Source: Podarcis gaigeae
Lineage: Eukaryota
Length of the DNA: 64,000 nt
Direction: 5' to 3' (one strand)
Assembly (NCBI GenBank): GCA_964106915.2
Contig: OZ066915.1
Shown one piece after another: positions 48,697-61,629 of the stretch. A model generated the notes under the pieces. It was not told where the DNA came from. It made no database searches and was given only the letters and a program-made list of their open reading frames with translations. Both the position numbers and the translations under genes were made by a program. Numbering within the stretch: the first letter of the stretch is position 1; every line of letters starts with the position of its first letter.

Positions 48697-49376
48697 NNNN
48701 NNNNNNNNNNNNNNNNNNNNNNNNNNNNNNNNNNNNNNNNNNNNNNNNNNNNNNNNNNNNNNNNNNNNNNNNNNNNNNNNNNNNNNNNNNNNNNNNNNNN
48801 NNNNNNNNNNNNNNNNNNNNNNNNNNNNNNNNNNNNNNNNNNNNNNNNNNNNNNNNNNNNNNNNNNNNNNNNNNNNNNNNNNNNNNNNNNNNNNNNNNNN
48901 NNNNNNNNNNNNNNNNNNNNNNNNNNNNNNNNNNNNNNNNNNNNNNNNNNNNNNNNNNNNNNNNNNNNNNNNNNNNNNNNNNNNNNNNNNNNNNNNNNNN
49001 NNNNNNNNNNNNNNNNNNNNNNNNNNNNNNNNNNNNNNNNNNNNNNNNNNNNNNNNNNNNNNNNNNNNNNNNNNNNNNNNNNNNNNNNNNNNNNNNNNNN
49101 NNNNNNNNNNNNNNNNNNNNNNNNNNNNNNNNNNNNNNNNNNNNNNNNNNNNNNNNNNNNNNNNNNNNNNNNNNNNNNNNNNNNNNNNNNNNNNNNNNNN
49201 NNNNNNNNNNNNNNNNNNNNNNNNNNNNNNNNNNNNNNNNNNNNNNNNNNNNNNNNNNNNNNNNNNNNNNNNNNNNNNNNNNNNNNNNNNNNNNNNNNNN
49301 NNNNNNNNNNNNNNNNNNNNNNNNNNNNNNNNNNNNNNNNNNNNNNNNNNNNNNNNNNNNNNNNNNNNNNNNNNNN
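48697..49376. other. Assembly gap (N run)
   Basis: Run of N. Confidence 1.
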
Positions 49377-49434
49377 TTTGTATGTTCTACTCTAAGTTAT
49401 AACACAAGTTTCTTTTTTAAGAGAGTTCATTTGT

Positions 49435-49566
49435 NNNNNNNNNNNNNNNNNNNNNNNNNNNNNNNNNNNNNNNNNNNNNNNNNNNNNNNNNNNNNNNNNN
49501 NNNNNNNNNNNNNNNNNNNNNNNNNNNNNNNNNNNNNNNNNNNNNNNNNNNNNNNNNNNNNNNNNN
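49435..49566. other. Assembly gap (N run)
   Basis: Run of N. Confidence 1.
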
Positions 49567-52500
49567 AGCTGTTATTTTGAGCTCTTCAGCATCGCGACAT
49601 AACCACTATTTCTTTTTTACTTCATTATTTTATGAAGGAACAGTGTTGCAGAGTGGAAATCATTTTGCTACACAGGTCTCTAATTCAAGTCACTGGCCAG
49701 CCATGAAGTTCAGTAGTTGACCTGAAGGACAGTCATATCCCAATACTGCTCAGATTTATGTAATTACTGATAGTGATAACAGTTGTAAACCACTTTGTAT
49801 ACTATGTTCTAGAAACAAGTAACATCTGACCTGCAGTAGTGTTTTCTTCTCTGCTTCAAAAGAAGTACTAAAAATTAGACAATGATTCTTTTATTCTTTC
49901 TACTTTGGACCTTGTGAATTGAAGAGCCAGTGTAAGGGACAGAGTTTTGGACTTTGACCAAGGTGGCTAAGATCTAAATAGCTGCTCAAGGAAGGAAAGG
50001 AGGGAGAAACAAGAAGAGAGGAGACTTGAAAGGTGCACTGGTTTTTCTTCAGCCCAATGAGTTTCACATCTTATGACTCCTGTAATGTTCTCCGTATAAT
50101 CATAAGCCAGGAAATAGTTTTAGTAAAGAACTATCTACAACAGATCTTCTCTCCTTTTGCTGCTTTCTCTCTCTGGCATCTAGCCCTGCTTCTTGCTTGG
50201 GTCAAACCTGCTAAATAAGAAATAAGCTAAAATGCTCACATTTATCCTTACAGCTCCTGAAGGAGCCCTAGTTAACCAGAACAGTCTTCTGTACTACCTT
50301 AGATTAACGTGCTTAACATGCGGTGATTATTATTATCATCTGTGAATTTTCTGAGTCATTCTTGAATTCCATAATACAGCGGGCCATTTTCCTTGGATAC
50401 TTGAGATGCAGCTTCCATGGCCTTGATATTGATAGATTTAATAAGCAAATCTGCCATCTTCAGTCAGGTCAGAACCCTTCTAGTATTTTGTCATGTTGTC
50501 CTGAGATGGTTTTGAGAGTTTGGCCTCCCACTGGTGTCAGCTTCGATGTCTCAGTCCTAGGCACAATCAAGCCCAACAATAGGGGATAGTCCTAAAGAAC
50601 TTTGTTTTCAGACATCGCTAATCACAGAGAGTGTGCTGTTAGGATAAGCCTTCAGCTGCTGCTCAAATGTCACCCTGGGGGTAGAGCCAAATACTGACTA
50701 TTTATATTTTGTAAATTTGGTACTTGGGGAAGATCTGCTGTCTCTGGCAGGAGTCTCATGTGACTTTGGCATGAATCTTCAGCAAACTCAGCATCTTCGC
50801 ATCTATTTTTAAACATCCAGCCTTCGGTATGTCAGCTAGGCCAAAAACAAACAGCCAAGTGTTCAGTCACCTGCTTCCACTTACTGGTCTTCTGCTACTT
50901 AATCATCAGGACAAAGGGAAGCCCAGTGTGTGATGCCGAAATGATGGAATGTTGGATGAGCGGTGAGACAATTGGGGTGGCAACGCGTCCGAGGAGAAGA
51001 ATGCAAAGCATCAGAAACTGGAGTGACTTGGCAGGCAGGGCAGAAAAAAGCTTGGCCAGCTTTGCCAAGTCTGGGTGAGGCAGGCCTGGGTTCTTGTGGT
51101 TTTCTCCTTCATCCCCCAAGCACACTTGGAAGCTGCTCTAGGGAGAAAGTGGAAAGCTTTTATGGAATGTTCACAGCTGAGGCTTTGAGCTACGTGGTAT
51201 TCTATATTACAATGCCAAGCCATCTGTGTTTTTATAGCCAATGCCCCTTTACAATCGAAATCCCATACATGATACATGTAAACAAAGCAGCCCAAAATTT
51301 CAAAATTCAGATCACTAAAGCGAATGTTGCAAATGTCACTTGTTTGCCAAGGCGTTGGAAACAAAATCAATCACTGTTTTGAGTTAGAAAGATGGCTCCC
51401 AATTTTCTTGCTGCTTCTTAATAAAGCTACCCTTACTGGTAATCAGCATGTTTTCAGCAACATATTTAGTTCTAAAATAATCTGATTTACCTTCTAGGAA
51501 ACTAAAAAGGAAAACAAAAAGTTATGTGAGTTACAGAAATAGCAATACAAAATACAGTGATATCGTCAACCTGGTGTGCATACACAAAGATTATTCTTCG
51601 CCTGTTTTTTTTTTTTTTTTTTAAAAGGCCAGCCAGATATTATTTGGCCATTATTCGAAATGTGAAGTGAGTACATCCCCCCCTCTGCAATTTCTTTTTA
51701 TTTATGAAACATCCCAAAGCAAAATACAAAAACCATTTCAAATCCAGTATGCATACAGACTAAGATGATAATCTCCCCTTAAAAGACTTGTTTAAAAAGG
51801 AAAGCCTTGAATGTATTCCAAAAAGACAACCGAGATGGTGCTTGTCTAATACAGAAAGTTGGAAAGCGTATGTGTCATTGCAATAAGTGCCTGACTTTTA
51901 CATCATGTGGAAGATGCCTCCTGATGGTATCTGCAAGAGGCATATGAAATTGCAGACTTTGAATGCTTCATGTATTCACAATCTATTTGGGCATCTTCAT
52001 AGATCTTGTGAGCAGACACATCCTGAGATTATTTTACAAGAGGATTTAAATAGCATCAAACAGTTCCCAAATTATGCCCAGTCTTCTTAATGCTGCAGAT
52101 CTAAAAATTGTATTTTTAAAATAGGCATTGACATGATACTACTGGAAGTCCCCCCCCCCACCTAGTTTAGGCTGAATTATTTATGTGTCCTTTTACAGAA
52201 GGAAGAGCTGCTTCTAGGTAATGCACCAAGTAGACTATATGAGACCACAAGATGCACAAAACCAATGGGAATTGTATCAAATTTTTCTGCCCAGCAAATT
52301 TTGCTGCCCAGATGAGATACCATTTTATCAGCAAAAACATGGTTGTAGCAAACAATGACCCTTGCTGAAATAAAGTGACTTTAAAGCCCCCAATGAATGG
52401 GCAGATGAAACTTTTAATTGTGTCTAAATGGGTATGCTGTAATTCCCTCCCCCCAAAAAAGCCCTAAAATTTTAATTTAATAATGTTTGATTATATGACC

Positions 52501-53196
52501 AAGAAACATTTATGCTTCTTATGCCTTTTGGCAAACTGTGCATCACTTTGGCCTTACTATAATTGATTGAAGTTTCCAAATTTGGAAAGTAGCCTTGCCA
52601 TACTTGAGATAATGGGCTATATCAGCTGCAAAAAGAAGCACTGGGATTTTTTGATCACCAATGGGGGCGGGGGAGAGAGAAGAAAGCTCCTGAACTGTAT
52701 CGTTTGTGCAAAGTTTAAACAACAGGTGTTAAAATACAACCTTGCTTTACTCTCTTGATAGAAACTTTGGCAGGTAGCCCACAAAACCAGTTCAAGTTTT
52801 CCCATCATTATTAGAATAGAGTTGCTGTATAAGAAACAATCAATCTAGCAAGGTCTTTCATTTCTGCAACCTCCATTTCCCGAAGTTTTGGAAGATATTA
52901 CTGAGACACAGCATTTTGGATACTGAAGTTGAAATAATGTAAACTGGTTGACACGAGACCAGCCTTTCGTTTTCTGCAATAAAAAGTGTTTCCCCAAATA
53001 GCTGAATTACGGTAAGTATAATAAACATGTTAGTGTGGGTGGGTGTCAAATCCACTCTTTACCTATTTCGCCATACATTTAAAAGAATTGTAGGTGTACA
53101 CATTTGAAACATAATGGTGAAACAGCCTTTATCCTGTCACAGCAGGAAGCAGTCATTTGCTATTTTAAATGCATCTATTTTCTGCATACCTACTTC

Positions 53197-53370
53197 TAGT
53201 AACCTCAGGTTACATACACCTCAGGTTACATACACTTCAGGTTACAGACTCCGCTAACCCAGAAATAGTGCTTCAGGTTAAGAACTTTGCTTCAGGATGA
53301 GAACAGAAACAGTTTCAGGTTAAGTACGGACCTCCGGAACGAATTAAGTACTTGACCCGAGGTACCACTG
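53197..53370. mobile_element. Tc1/mariner-type non-autonomous element, internally deleted
   Basis: Right TIR gaggtaccactg followed by TA; internal cttcaggtta repeats shared with 53938-54793; left TIR degenerate. Confidence 0.8.
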
Positions 53371-53937
53371 TATAGTGAATATATCTTGTCTGAGCTGTCT
53401 GCAACCCTGTCCCTTCAAAATGAGGATGAGGACCAGTCCTGGAAAGGGCCACACCCTTTTAGTAGGTTATTGAGGGTTTTGCAACTTTATTGGCAATAGA
53501 AATTGTCAATTTACTGAAACGCATTTACTGAAACACATGGAATTGCTGATTTGCAACATACTAGCCATCTTCCAACAGGGTTCTCACCTCACAACCTGTT
53601 ATAAATATGCACCATGTCCACATCCCAGATTTAATTCAGAAGATACATCTCTCATCTTGGTCATACTCCCCCTGATGTAGCAGGCAACGCTATGAGCCTG
53701 GCCCGTTCCTCCTGGTTGTGGGGACCAGGGCTCTGGATGTACTGCACTGCTAGTGAAGGAGGGGGCCGGATGACAGGATGAGGGAAGGAATAGGGTGGGC
53801 CACTGTTTTTGTCTGCATCAGGGGAGTTTAGAGCTACATGCCCGGTTGAGAGATGGGAACTGTCCCCCAGGTTAAATGTGAGGTATGAATCTTCTTGCTT
53901 TCTGAAGTCATCTGATGAGTCCTGTTTTTTTGTACTA

Positions 53938-54793
53938 CAGTGGTACCTCAGGTTACATACACTTCAGGTTACAGACACTTCAGGTACTAACCCAGAAATA
54001 GTACCTCGGGTTAAGAACTTTGCTTCAGGATGAGAACAGAAATTGTGCTCCGGCGGCACGGCGGCAGCAGGGAGGCCCCGTTAGCTATAGTGTGATGCAT
54101 TAGCTAAAGTGTGAGCCAACAGTGTGACGCAGCAGCTAAAAAAGCCAATGCAATTCTGGGCTGCATCAATAGGAGTATAGCATCTAGATCAAGGGAATTC
54201 ATAGTGCAACTGTATTCTGCTCTGGTCAGACCTCACCTGGAGTACTGTGTCCAGTTCTGGGCACCACAGTTCAAGAAGGACACTGACAAACTGGAACGTG
54301 TCCAGAGGAGGGCAACCAAAATGGTCAAAGGCCTGGAAACGATGCCTTATGAGGAATGGCTAAGGGAGCTGGGCATGTTTAGCCTGGAGAAGAGGAGGTT
54401 AAGGGGTGATATGATAGCCATGTTCAAATATATAAAAGGATGTCACATAGAGGAGGGAGAAAGGTTGTTTTCTGCTGCAATGGATCCAAACTACAAGAAA
54501 GAAGATTCCACCTAAACATTAGGAGGAACTTCCTGACAGTAAGAGCTGTTCGACAGTGGAATTTGCTGCCAAGGAGTGTGGTGGAGTCTCCTTCTTTGGA
54601 GGTCTTTAAGCAGAGGCTTGACAACCATATGTCAGGAGTGCTCTGATGGTGTTTCCTGCTTGGCAGGGGGTTGGACTTGATGACCCTTGTGGTCTCTTCC
54701 AACTCTATGATTCTATGATTCTAGCTTAAGATCAGTTTCAGATTAAGAACGGACCTCCGGAACGAATTAAGTACTTAACCAGAGGTACCACTG
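53938..54793. mobile_element. Tc1/mariner-type MITE (TIR cagtggtacctc, TA TSD) interrupted by CR1
   Basis: TA|cagtggtacctc ... gaggtaccactg|TA. Confidence 0.9.
54112..54722 (+). mobile_element. 5'-truncated young CR1 LINE (ORF2 C-terminal fragment plus 3'UTR and (attctatg)n tail)
   Basis: The ORF '[22 protein letters not shown]...[19 protein letters not shown]...[16 protein letters not shown]...' is the classic CR1 ORF2 C-terminus. A frameshift lies near 54478, and the element ends ctctatgattctatgattct. Confidence 0.95.
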
Positions 54794-55918
54794 TATTTCT
54801 ATGTGTACTATTAAGTAGCCTGGTGGCTCCTTGGTGACGCCTGGAAACAAGGATGCTGGAAGTGGTCAAGTGTGGCATGACTCCAGAGTACGATCCGAAG
54901 GCACATGATGCAGCCACTTTGCTGAAGCTAAGCAAATCTAGATATGGTCAACACTTTGAAGGGAGGCTGTTCGCAAACTCGGGGAATATAATTAACAATA
55001 ATAAGAATGGTGGTTCCTACTTTTATTTTTGTACTAATACTGCATTTGCTTTTATTTGGTCTCCAAAGCTGATTACCGGGTGGGGTGGAGCCCCTGTTGG
55101 TGTGTTTGAACTGCTCTAACATCCCTGCCCCTTTCCCTCTTGGTAAGCAACAGAAACTCACCTGCCAGAAACCTAGCACAGCAGCTCTGCCCCAGCCAGC
55201 CAATTCTGTATCCCCTCCTAAGGTAACTTTGGGGGAAAGGAAAGTATGTCAGAAAGAGAGTGCATCAGATGGCTCTTGTTACCCTGTGAAGTATCAGGAC
55301 TGGGTTGAATATGTGCAAATGCTTTCAGCAGGAGCTGTTTTCCCTGCAGGTTAAAGCTTGTCCTTTTCATCAGCTTTGGAATGGAAGCTGAAAACTGAAT
55401 TTGTTTAGACTGCCTTCCTAAAGCTAGAGTTTAGATAGTGAGGAGGCATAATGGGTTAGCACACTTCACATTTCTCTGCATAGCACATCCCATGCTGAAA
55501 ATTTCCCATCCGTTACAAACTGTTATAACACAAGAAAACCATCCTCTTGTGATTTTTAGGTGACAAAATGTCCATTTTATTTCTGATTGTGCGTGCCTGC
55601 TCTCATTTTGGGAATGGAAGCAGAATAGATCTCCCCATTGCTTCAAAACGGATTGGTTGATAGAAAATTGGCTGCCCAGCAAATGCCTATGAGGCGATTC
55701 CTCAGCTGTTCTTTATTCAGTGTCATGAAAGCCAGCTCAGACAACAGTCCAAAAGGCCCATTGCCTGCCTACAGGAAATTGGGAGACAAATAATGGCCTC
55801 AGAAGGGAGAGCAGAGCAGAAAACATTGACATCTCTTCTTCTCAGTAAAATAAGCCAATTCAGTCCGTCAGTATGAAAAACGTCTGCAATGAAGCTCTGT
55901 ATGCAGCTGCCTTTTGCA

Positions 55919-55920
<2 letters not shown>

Positions 55921-55953
<33 letters not shown>
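55921..55953. repeat. (AT)n microsatellite
   Basis: Read directly. Other simple repeats lie at about 19896-19928 (TA/GA), 46082-46128 (TTG/ATT), 56709-56732 (AAGC) and 61255-61272 (CTG). Confidence 0.95.
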
Positions 55954-55957
<4 letters not shown>

Positions 55958-58312
55958 ACATTCAAGTGGCTTAGTCGTAAATACCTTTCATCTTAAACCA
56001 CTGCAATGTGATAGAATTATCATCTGTGGGTAACCAAGGTAGTATTAACATTTATTTCATGCTAAGCAGGTTGTGGAAGTGGTCGTTTTTTGCCTATCAC
56101 ATAAGTGTGTTGTGTTCTCTGGCTTTTAGTACTCAAAGGAAACCACCCACCATCCCTGCGCATGAAATTAACAGTGTTGCACTCCCTCTGCTGGGCCTTC
56201 TGAATAATTCTGTTACTGCTTTTTCCAGAGGTACGTGCAGCTGCCTTACACCAGGTGACTCTTGTACATCTAGCAGATGATTGTCTACTCTGAGCTGCGG
56301 TGCTTTTCTCATCACTTTTGGTCAATCCTTTTTAACTGGAGCTCCCAGGTGATGAATGGACTGTGCCCTGCAGGGCTCTCTGCTGTTCATAGGCAATGTC
56401 TGCATAGCAAGCTTGTAGAAAGATTTAGTGGCCATAGAAAGAGGGTGAGGAGCTTCTTAATAACCAACACATTTTAGTTCTGGACATTCCCATGCTCTTT
56501 TGAAATCTACCACCTTTTGGGGGAAAGGTCTGCAGTTTCAAAAAGCAAAAAGATGACTCCCCTATCATCCATGTCATTTACATAACAGTACTTGTGGGTC
56601 CCGGTGGGTCATCTTGTGGGTCATCTGCTTCACAGGACTGTTGTACAATGAAGTTTCACAAGTGATTTGTGTCCTGATGATCAGGTCCATATTATATACG
56701 AGAGCTATAAGCAAGCAAGCAAGCAAGCAAGCTAGCTAGCAGCAGACATGGGGGCATAACCAGGGAAGAGAAACAATTCTGTGGAGGGCAAGTTTACACA
56801 TCAAATTCTTCCGCATGATTACATGTGTTGGTGCAAGACCACAAAAGGTCGGTGTCAACTCGGCTGTACATGCTGATAATTGTGGTTGCGTTTCCTCCAA
56901 AATCTGTGATCGCAGAAACAGTTGCACATTCTGATAAGTTCACACTCATCCTTTTTTAATCAAGTACTTGTGAACTGGCCCTTAGTCCCAAGCCCTAATT
57001 ACAAAGGCTTCTGGAACAGCATGTGCTGGATAAATTCCAGTTGCAGATGTAAGCATTATGTCCCTTCTGGACTCATTGTGAATCTTGCTTTGCAAGGATA
57101 TATATTCTCTTTGAGAGTGACACACATAACCTTTGCTGGAAATAAAATATACCTTGCTGACATGCCTGGGGCATATCCAGATGGCCCTTAAATGGGAAGT
57201 TAGTCTTTCACAAGCTGGAGAATCACCTTCTCCAAAAGTCCTCTGGAGTCTGGATCCAATGAGCCTTTCAGGATGACCACTCACGTGTTCATGTGTGCAT
57301 GAGTTTAATCTTGATTTCCTGCTCTGCTTCCAGCATCTCACACCACATTGAAGGCTACTCCCATATATACCCTACATTTTGGTAACAGCTTGTTGAACAA
57401 AGGTGGGGGCCACAGTGAGAGCAACAGGGGCTCTGAAAGTTTCCTGGAGAAATAGGCAATCCTGTTGTGGCACTTTATTCTTGATCGGCACCTCTCAAAG
57501 ATGTGCGAGAGTTTTGTCACTGCAAAGGGTAGCCTCAGTTGCCGTCAAGGTGTCTCCAGATACTAGCTCTGAAGGTGGATAATCTGTTCTGTCTTTGTAT
57601 TATAGCTGACTGAAGTAATTCTGCTATGACTCAACAGCAATTTTCCTTCCTACGCGTCACAAATATAATAAACTTGAGAGCTTCACTTGTAACTGGGTTG
57701 AGCCATGCTTAAAAACAACAGCCCAATAACCTTCACTAAGGGAATATAAAAGTTCCATGGTGGTTATGCAGGCTGAAATCACAACTTGGCTCCTGCATGC
57801 TTATTAAATACTGGATGTTGCCAGAATTCTATCAAAGCAGACAAGGCAAGTGTGCTTGTTCCAAGGCTGTTGGATTCTTAGGAGAATCTCATAGGATAAT
57901 AGCACCACTTGAGGGCTTGCAAATTAATCAGGAAATTTGCAAGTGATAGTATTTCCATACTGTTTTGTACCTATATAACAGTACTTGCATCTTTTGGTAG
58001 CAAGCTGGTGTTTGCTGTGAGTTGCTTTGGGCACAGCACATAAACTAAAACACACATTTCATTGTTCCCTCCCACTGCTATGAATGCATCACTCATCTCC
58101 TTGAAAACCTGCACTGGCTTCTTGCCACACTCTGCATCAACCTTAAGCTTTAGTCTTTATTCTAAAGCAGGGAGGGAAAATTGTGGCCCTCCAGATGTTT
58201 CTGGACTACAGCTCCCATCATCCCTGATCATTGGCTGTGCTGGCTGAGGGAGGGGGTGGGGCTGATGGGAATATCTGAAGCCTCACGTAGGTTCCCCATC
58301 CTTGTTTTAAAG

Positions 58313-58544
58313 CAGGCATGTCCAACAGGTAGATCACTGGTAGATCATTGGCTCCTCTCCTCCCAAAGAAGATGAACAACTATGGCTCCCCTAAAAAAAG
58401 CTCAACATTTTACCTGAAAAAACTTAACAGCTTTGACCCAACCCTCCCTCATTCCCATGACCTGAAAGGGTCCAAAAGGAGGTAGATCACTGCTAGTTTT
58501 TAACTCTGTGAGTAGATCGCAGTCTCTTGGGAGTTGGCCACCCG
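58313..58544. mobile_element. hAT-like non-autonomous DNA transposon
   Basis: caggcatgtccaac ... gttggccacccg imperfect termini with repeated internal gtagatc motifs. Confidence 0.5.
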
Positions 58545-61500
58545 TTTTAAAGCATATCTTTGTTCTGCAAGCAGATGCTAACATTTGCAGTGCTTTTCAC
58601 ATTCTACACTAACTCATCTGATATCACCCCCTTTTCTCATTCTATTGGTTCCAGTTGTAGGGAGCAGCTTGACAGAAACCTCCTTTCTGCCATTAATTGT
58701 CAAGGCACAATCTCTCTGTAAATCATTTCCAAGCTCTTTAAGAAATGCTTTACAAAGTCTACTGCTGACTTGACCCCACACCCAGGCCAATGCTCATTTT
58801 CCAGCTGATTTGTTTCTTGTCCCACACATTTTGCCTACCTAACGTACACTCTGAACCTTCCAGGATGCTGTTGTCAGCACAGTTCTTAGTGCATACCGTA
58901 TGCTTGGCATTAAACACTGTATTGGCCAAGCAGTATCAGTCTTGTAAAATGTTAGGTAACTCTCTTTTTCTCGGGGGGGGGGGGGAAGGGCGTGGCTAAT
59001 GTGAGATTTAATTCAGTGGCCAGTTACTGGAGGCAAGAGCACCTGGAATGCAGAAGTCAACCAGGACTATAGTTTCTAGGATTGTGGTACCTTTTCCATT
59101 CATTCAGTATAATAGTCAATAAAAGAACATCTTGTAATCAGACTCACTGGCGTCTGCTCACCAGAGTGCTAAGTTTGTATTGCATAAGAAAAAAAAATTG
59201 GGGCAACTGGTTTCTTCTCTCACTTGAGCTGAATTTTCATTTTGTTAATGTGCAGGCCAGTTTGCACGTCCTACCTGTTTTGTATCACATACATTTTCCT
59301 TGGAATGGCTGTTCTGAACATACTTAAAAATACTGAGAAGTAATTTTATTCTCATTCATTCATTGGTCATTATTTTCTTTTTATGGGCTCTCATTTTTGT
59401 TGAATAAGTATCTTGAGATTGTGATAGGCCTTTCTTGCTCTGTGGGGAAGCAAATTATCTGTCACTCATGGCAAACCATTTTGCTTTGTGTCTGCAAGTT
59501 GTGCTTATGCCAGCATGACATTTTACCTGCAACATAAAAATACACTACTGTTCTGGAATACCTAAGGGATGGGCTTGTTACAATAATCCCCACCATCTCA
59601 CCAGATTCTCTCTCCCTCTCCCTCCCTCTCTCTCCTCTATCTTTGTATATATGTGTTTTGATAGCTAAGCCTGCCATCTTATGGTTTGTCTATGAACAAC
59701 AGTTTGCATCCTTTAATGGAGTTGCATTTTGTTATAGTGAAAACTCCACTGTATTTAAAGGTCTTTAACCTGAAGAAAACCTCACACAAATATATGCAGA
59801 TGCTGTAATTTTAAAAACAGTTAAATAAATAAGATATACCGCTAGTTCCAGCAAATGTTGTGATAGAGCTCATTATCACCTCGTGAAATGCTCCATGTGA
59901 AAAGCAATAAATATGGCTTTACAAATAGTCAAAATTGCTTAGCTGAATTCACTGCTGTAAAACACTACCTTTTACTCAACTGGCACATTCCCCCACCTTG
60001 CTCCTTTTTTACTGTCTTTCTCGGAGTACCTTTCTGTAGCCAGTGCAAGACTGACACAAAATCCAGATGAAATACTGCATAGTATTTCATTTTATTTCTT
60101 GCATAGTGAGTATTAAGGAGATGTCTGATGACTTGTGCATTACAAGCCCACAATTTGTAGACAGCAGCAAACTGCAATGTGCTCAAGCAAGAATGTTTTC
60201 CGTGTGATTATTAACCGGCTTCCTCCCACCAGTCTTTTGTGGCAATTTAATAGTCATGTTGTGATTCCTCTGTGGCTCAGTGCAATGATCATTCCATTCC
60301 TGGTAATCCTCAATCATCATGTGCTTGAAGGGCAAACTAGACAGTTATAGAGAGCTGCATATAACCCTCTGCAGTTCAGGGCCCTTCACAAATCATATGG
60401 TCTCAGCACCCTGGCTGATTCTAAAGCTCACAGGCCGCAGCTTCAGAGTAGGAAAACTAACGTGGCAGCACAAGCCTGTTAGCTGGTAGAGTGGGTGTGA
60501 ATGAGAAGACTGCAGTTATGTTTCTGCAAGGAAGATGTAGGTTAAAAAAATATATAGTGGGATGTTCTATATAGAAAGTTTGTTTGAAGCAGTGTATGTG
60601 AAGTCCCTGTCTGACTTGTGGATTTGGTGAATTATGTAATCTCTGGAGAATGTGATCCTATTTGTGTTAGGCCCCTCCTGTCTCTGCAGCAGCCATTACA
60701 GGCCCATTACTGAGGTCCAGCTCCAAGGGGCTTCTGGTGCTTCCCTCACTGTGAGATGTGAGGTTACAGGGAACCAGGCAGAGGACCTTCTCGGTGGTGG
60801 AGCCTGCCCTGTTGAACGCCCTCCCATCAGATGTCAAGGAAATAAACTTTTGTCATTTTCATTTCCAGATGTCCAGGAAATCTGAATTTTAGAAGACACC
60901 TGAAGGCAGCCCTGATTCCCAGTGCCAAACTGTCTCCTCTTTCCTGTAATAAATCTTAGCCCCCTGAGCACCTACAGAGGTGCTAAGGTGATTCATATGC
61001 TGTCGTTTGCAAATTGTGCTTACCATACTGGACTGGTAAGAAAAGCAAAAGAGAAACACATTTACTGCAGTCTGGATGCTTCTACTCTAATGGACTTGGT
61101 GCAGAGCCTCTATGTTGCTCGCTCAGATAGCTTCTTCTTGACACCCTGGCTGTCAGATGATGATGAGCTAAATATAAATACACGCTTTCTTCACTGCAAG
61201 AAGCTGGAATATTTTGACGTTCAATCCCCTCCGTGGAAACAAGTTGCTTACTCACTGCTGCTGCTGCTGCTGCAGTATGAGTCACCCAGGAATATTCTTA
61301 GCACAGCCAGATGACAATGGGCTCCCAACAGCCAACCACCCCTGCCAGCTAGCCTGCCCAGTGGCAGGGCATGATGGGAGTTGTAGTCCAAAAAATGTTT
61401 GGAGGCCAGCTTGGGAAAAGCTGTCTTTAATATGAATATGTGTGTTCTCATTTTGTGTTCCTTGACCCCAACGCTTAAGGCTGTGCAATTTTCAGGAACC

Positions 61501-61629
61501 CCCCCCCCATTCCAGACACATCCCCCCCCCCACCCTCAAAGAATTCTGGGCAATGTAGTTTTCCCTCACAGAATTAGTCTTTCCAACAACCCTGCACAAA
61601 CCACAGGGCCCAGGATTCTCTGAGGGGAC

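Larger units (their letters stand above)
45245..49434 (+). other. CPEB4: CPEB4 long 3'UTR (3' end uncertain, partly in gaps)
   Basis: AU-rich, repeat-poor sequence after the stop. Many CPE-like TTTTAT/TTTTAAT motifs, a PUM-type TGTACATA at 47798, and AATAAA at about 46629, 46662, 48099 and 48500. The true poly(A) site cannot be fixed. Confidence 0.6.

Noticed and set aside
47333-49580. Long ORFs of 130-299 aa in the ORF track
   Set aside because: Artefacts of translating N gaps.
53197-53330. Repeated cttcaggtta units suggestive of a CRISPR-like array
   Set aside because: Eukaryotic DNA; the units are internal subterminal repeats of a Tc1/mariner MITE with irregular spacing.
53905-53937. CTGATGAGTCC resembling a hammerhead ribozyme core
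   Set aside because: No complementary stem II and GAAA follow, either directly or after removing the MITE insertion.
57338-57520. Minus-strand 'IAYFSRKL' resembling a Ty3/Gypsy RNase H motif
   Set aside because: The flanking residues lack the expected upstream DAS/GAVL and downstream Y...E.E.LA motifs, and no LTRs are visible; probably chance.
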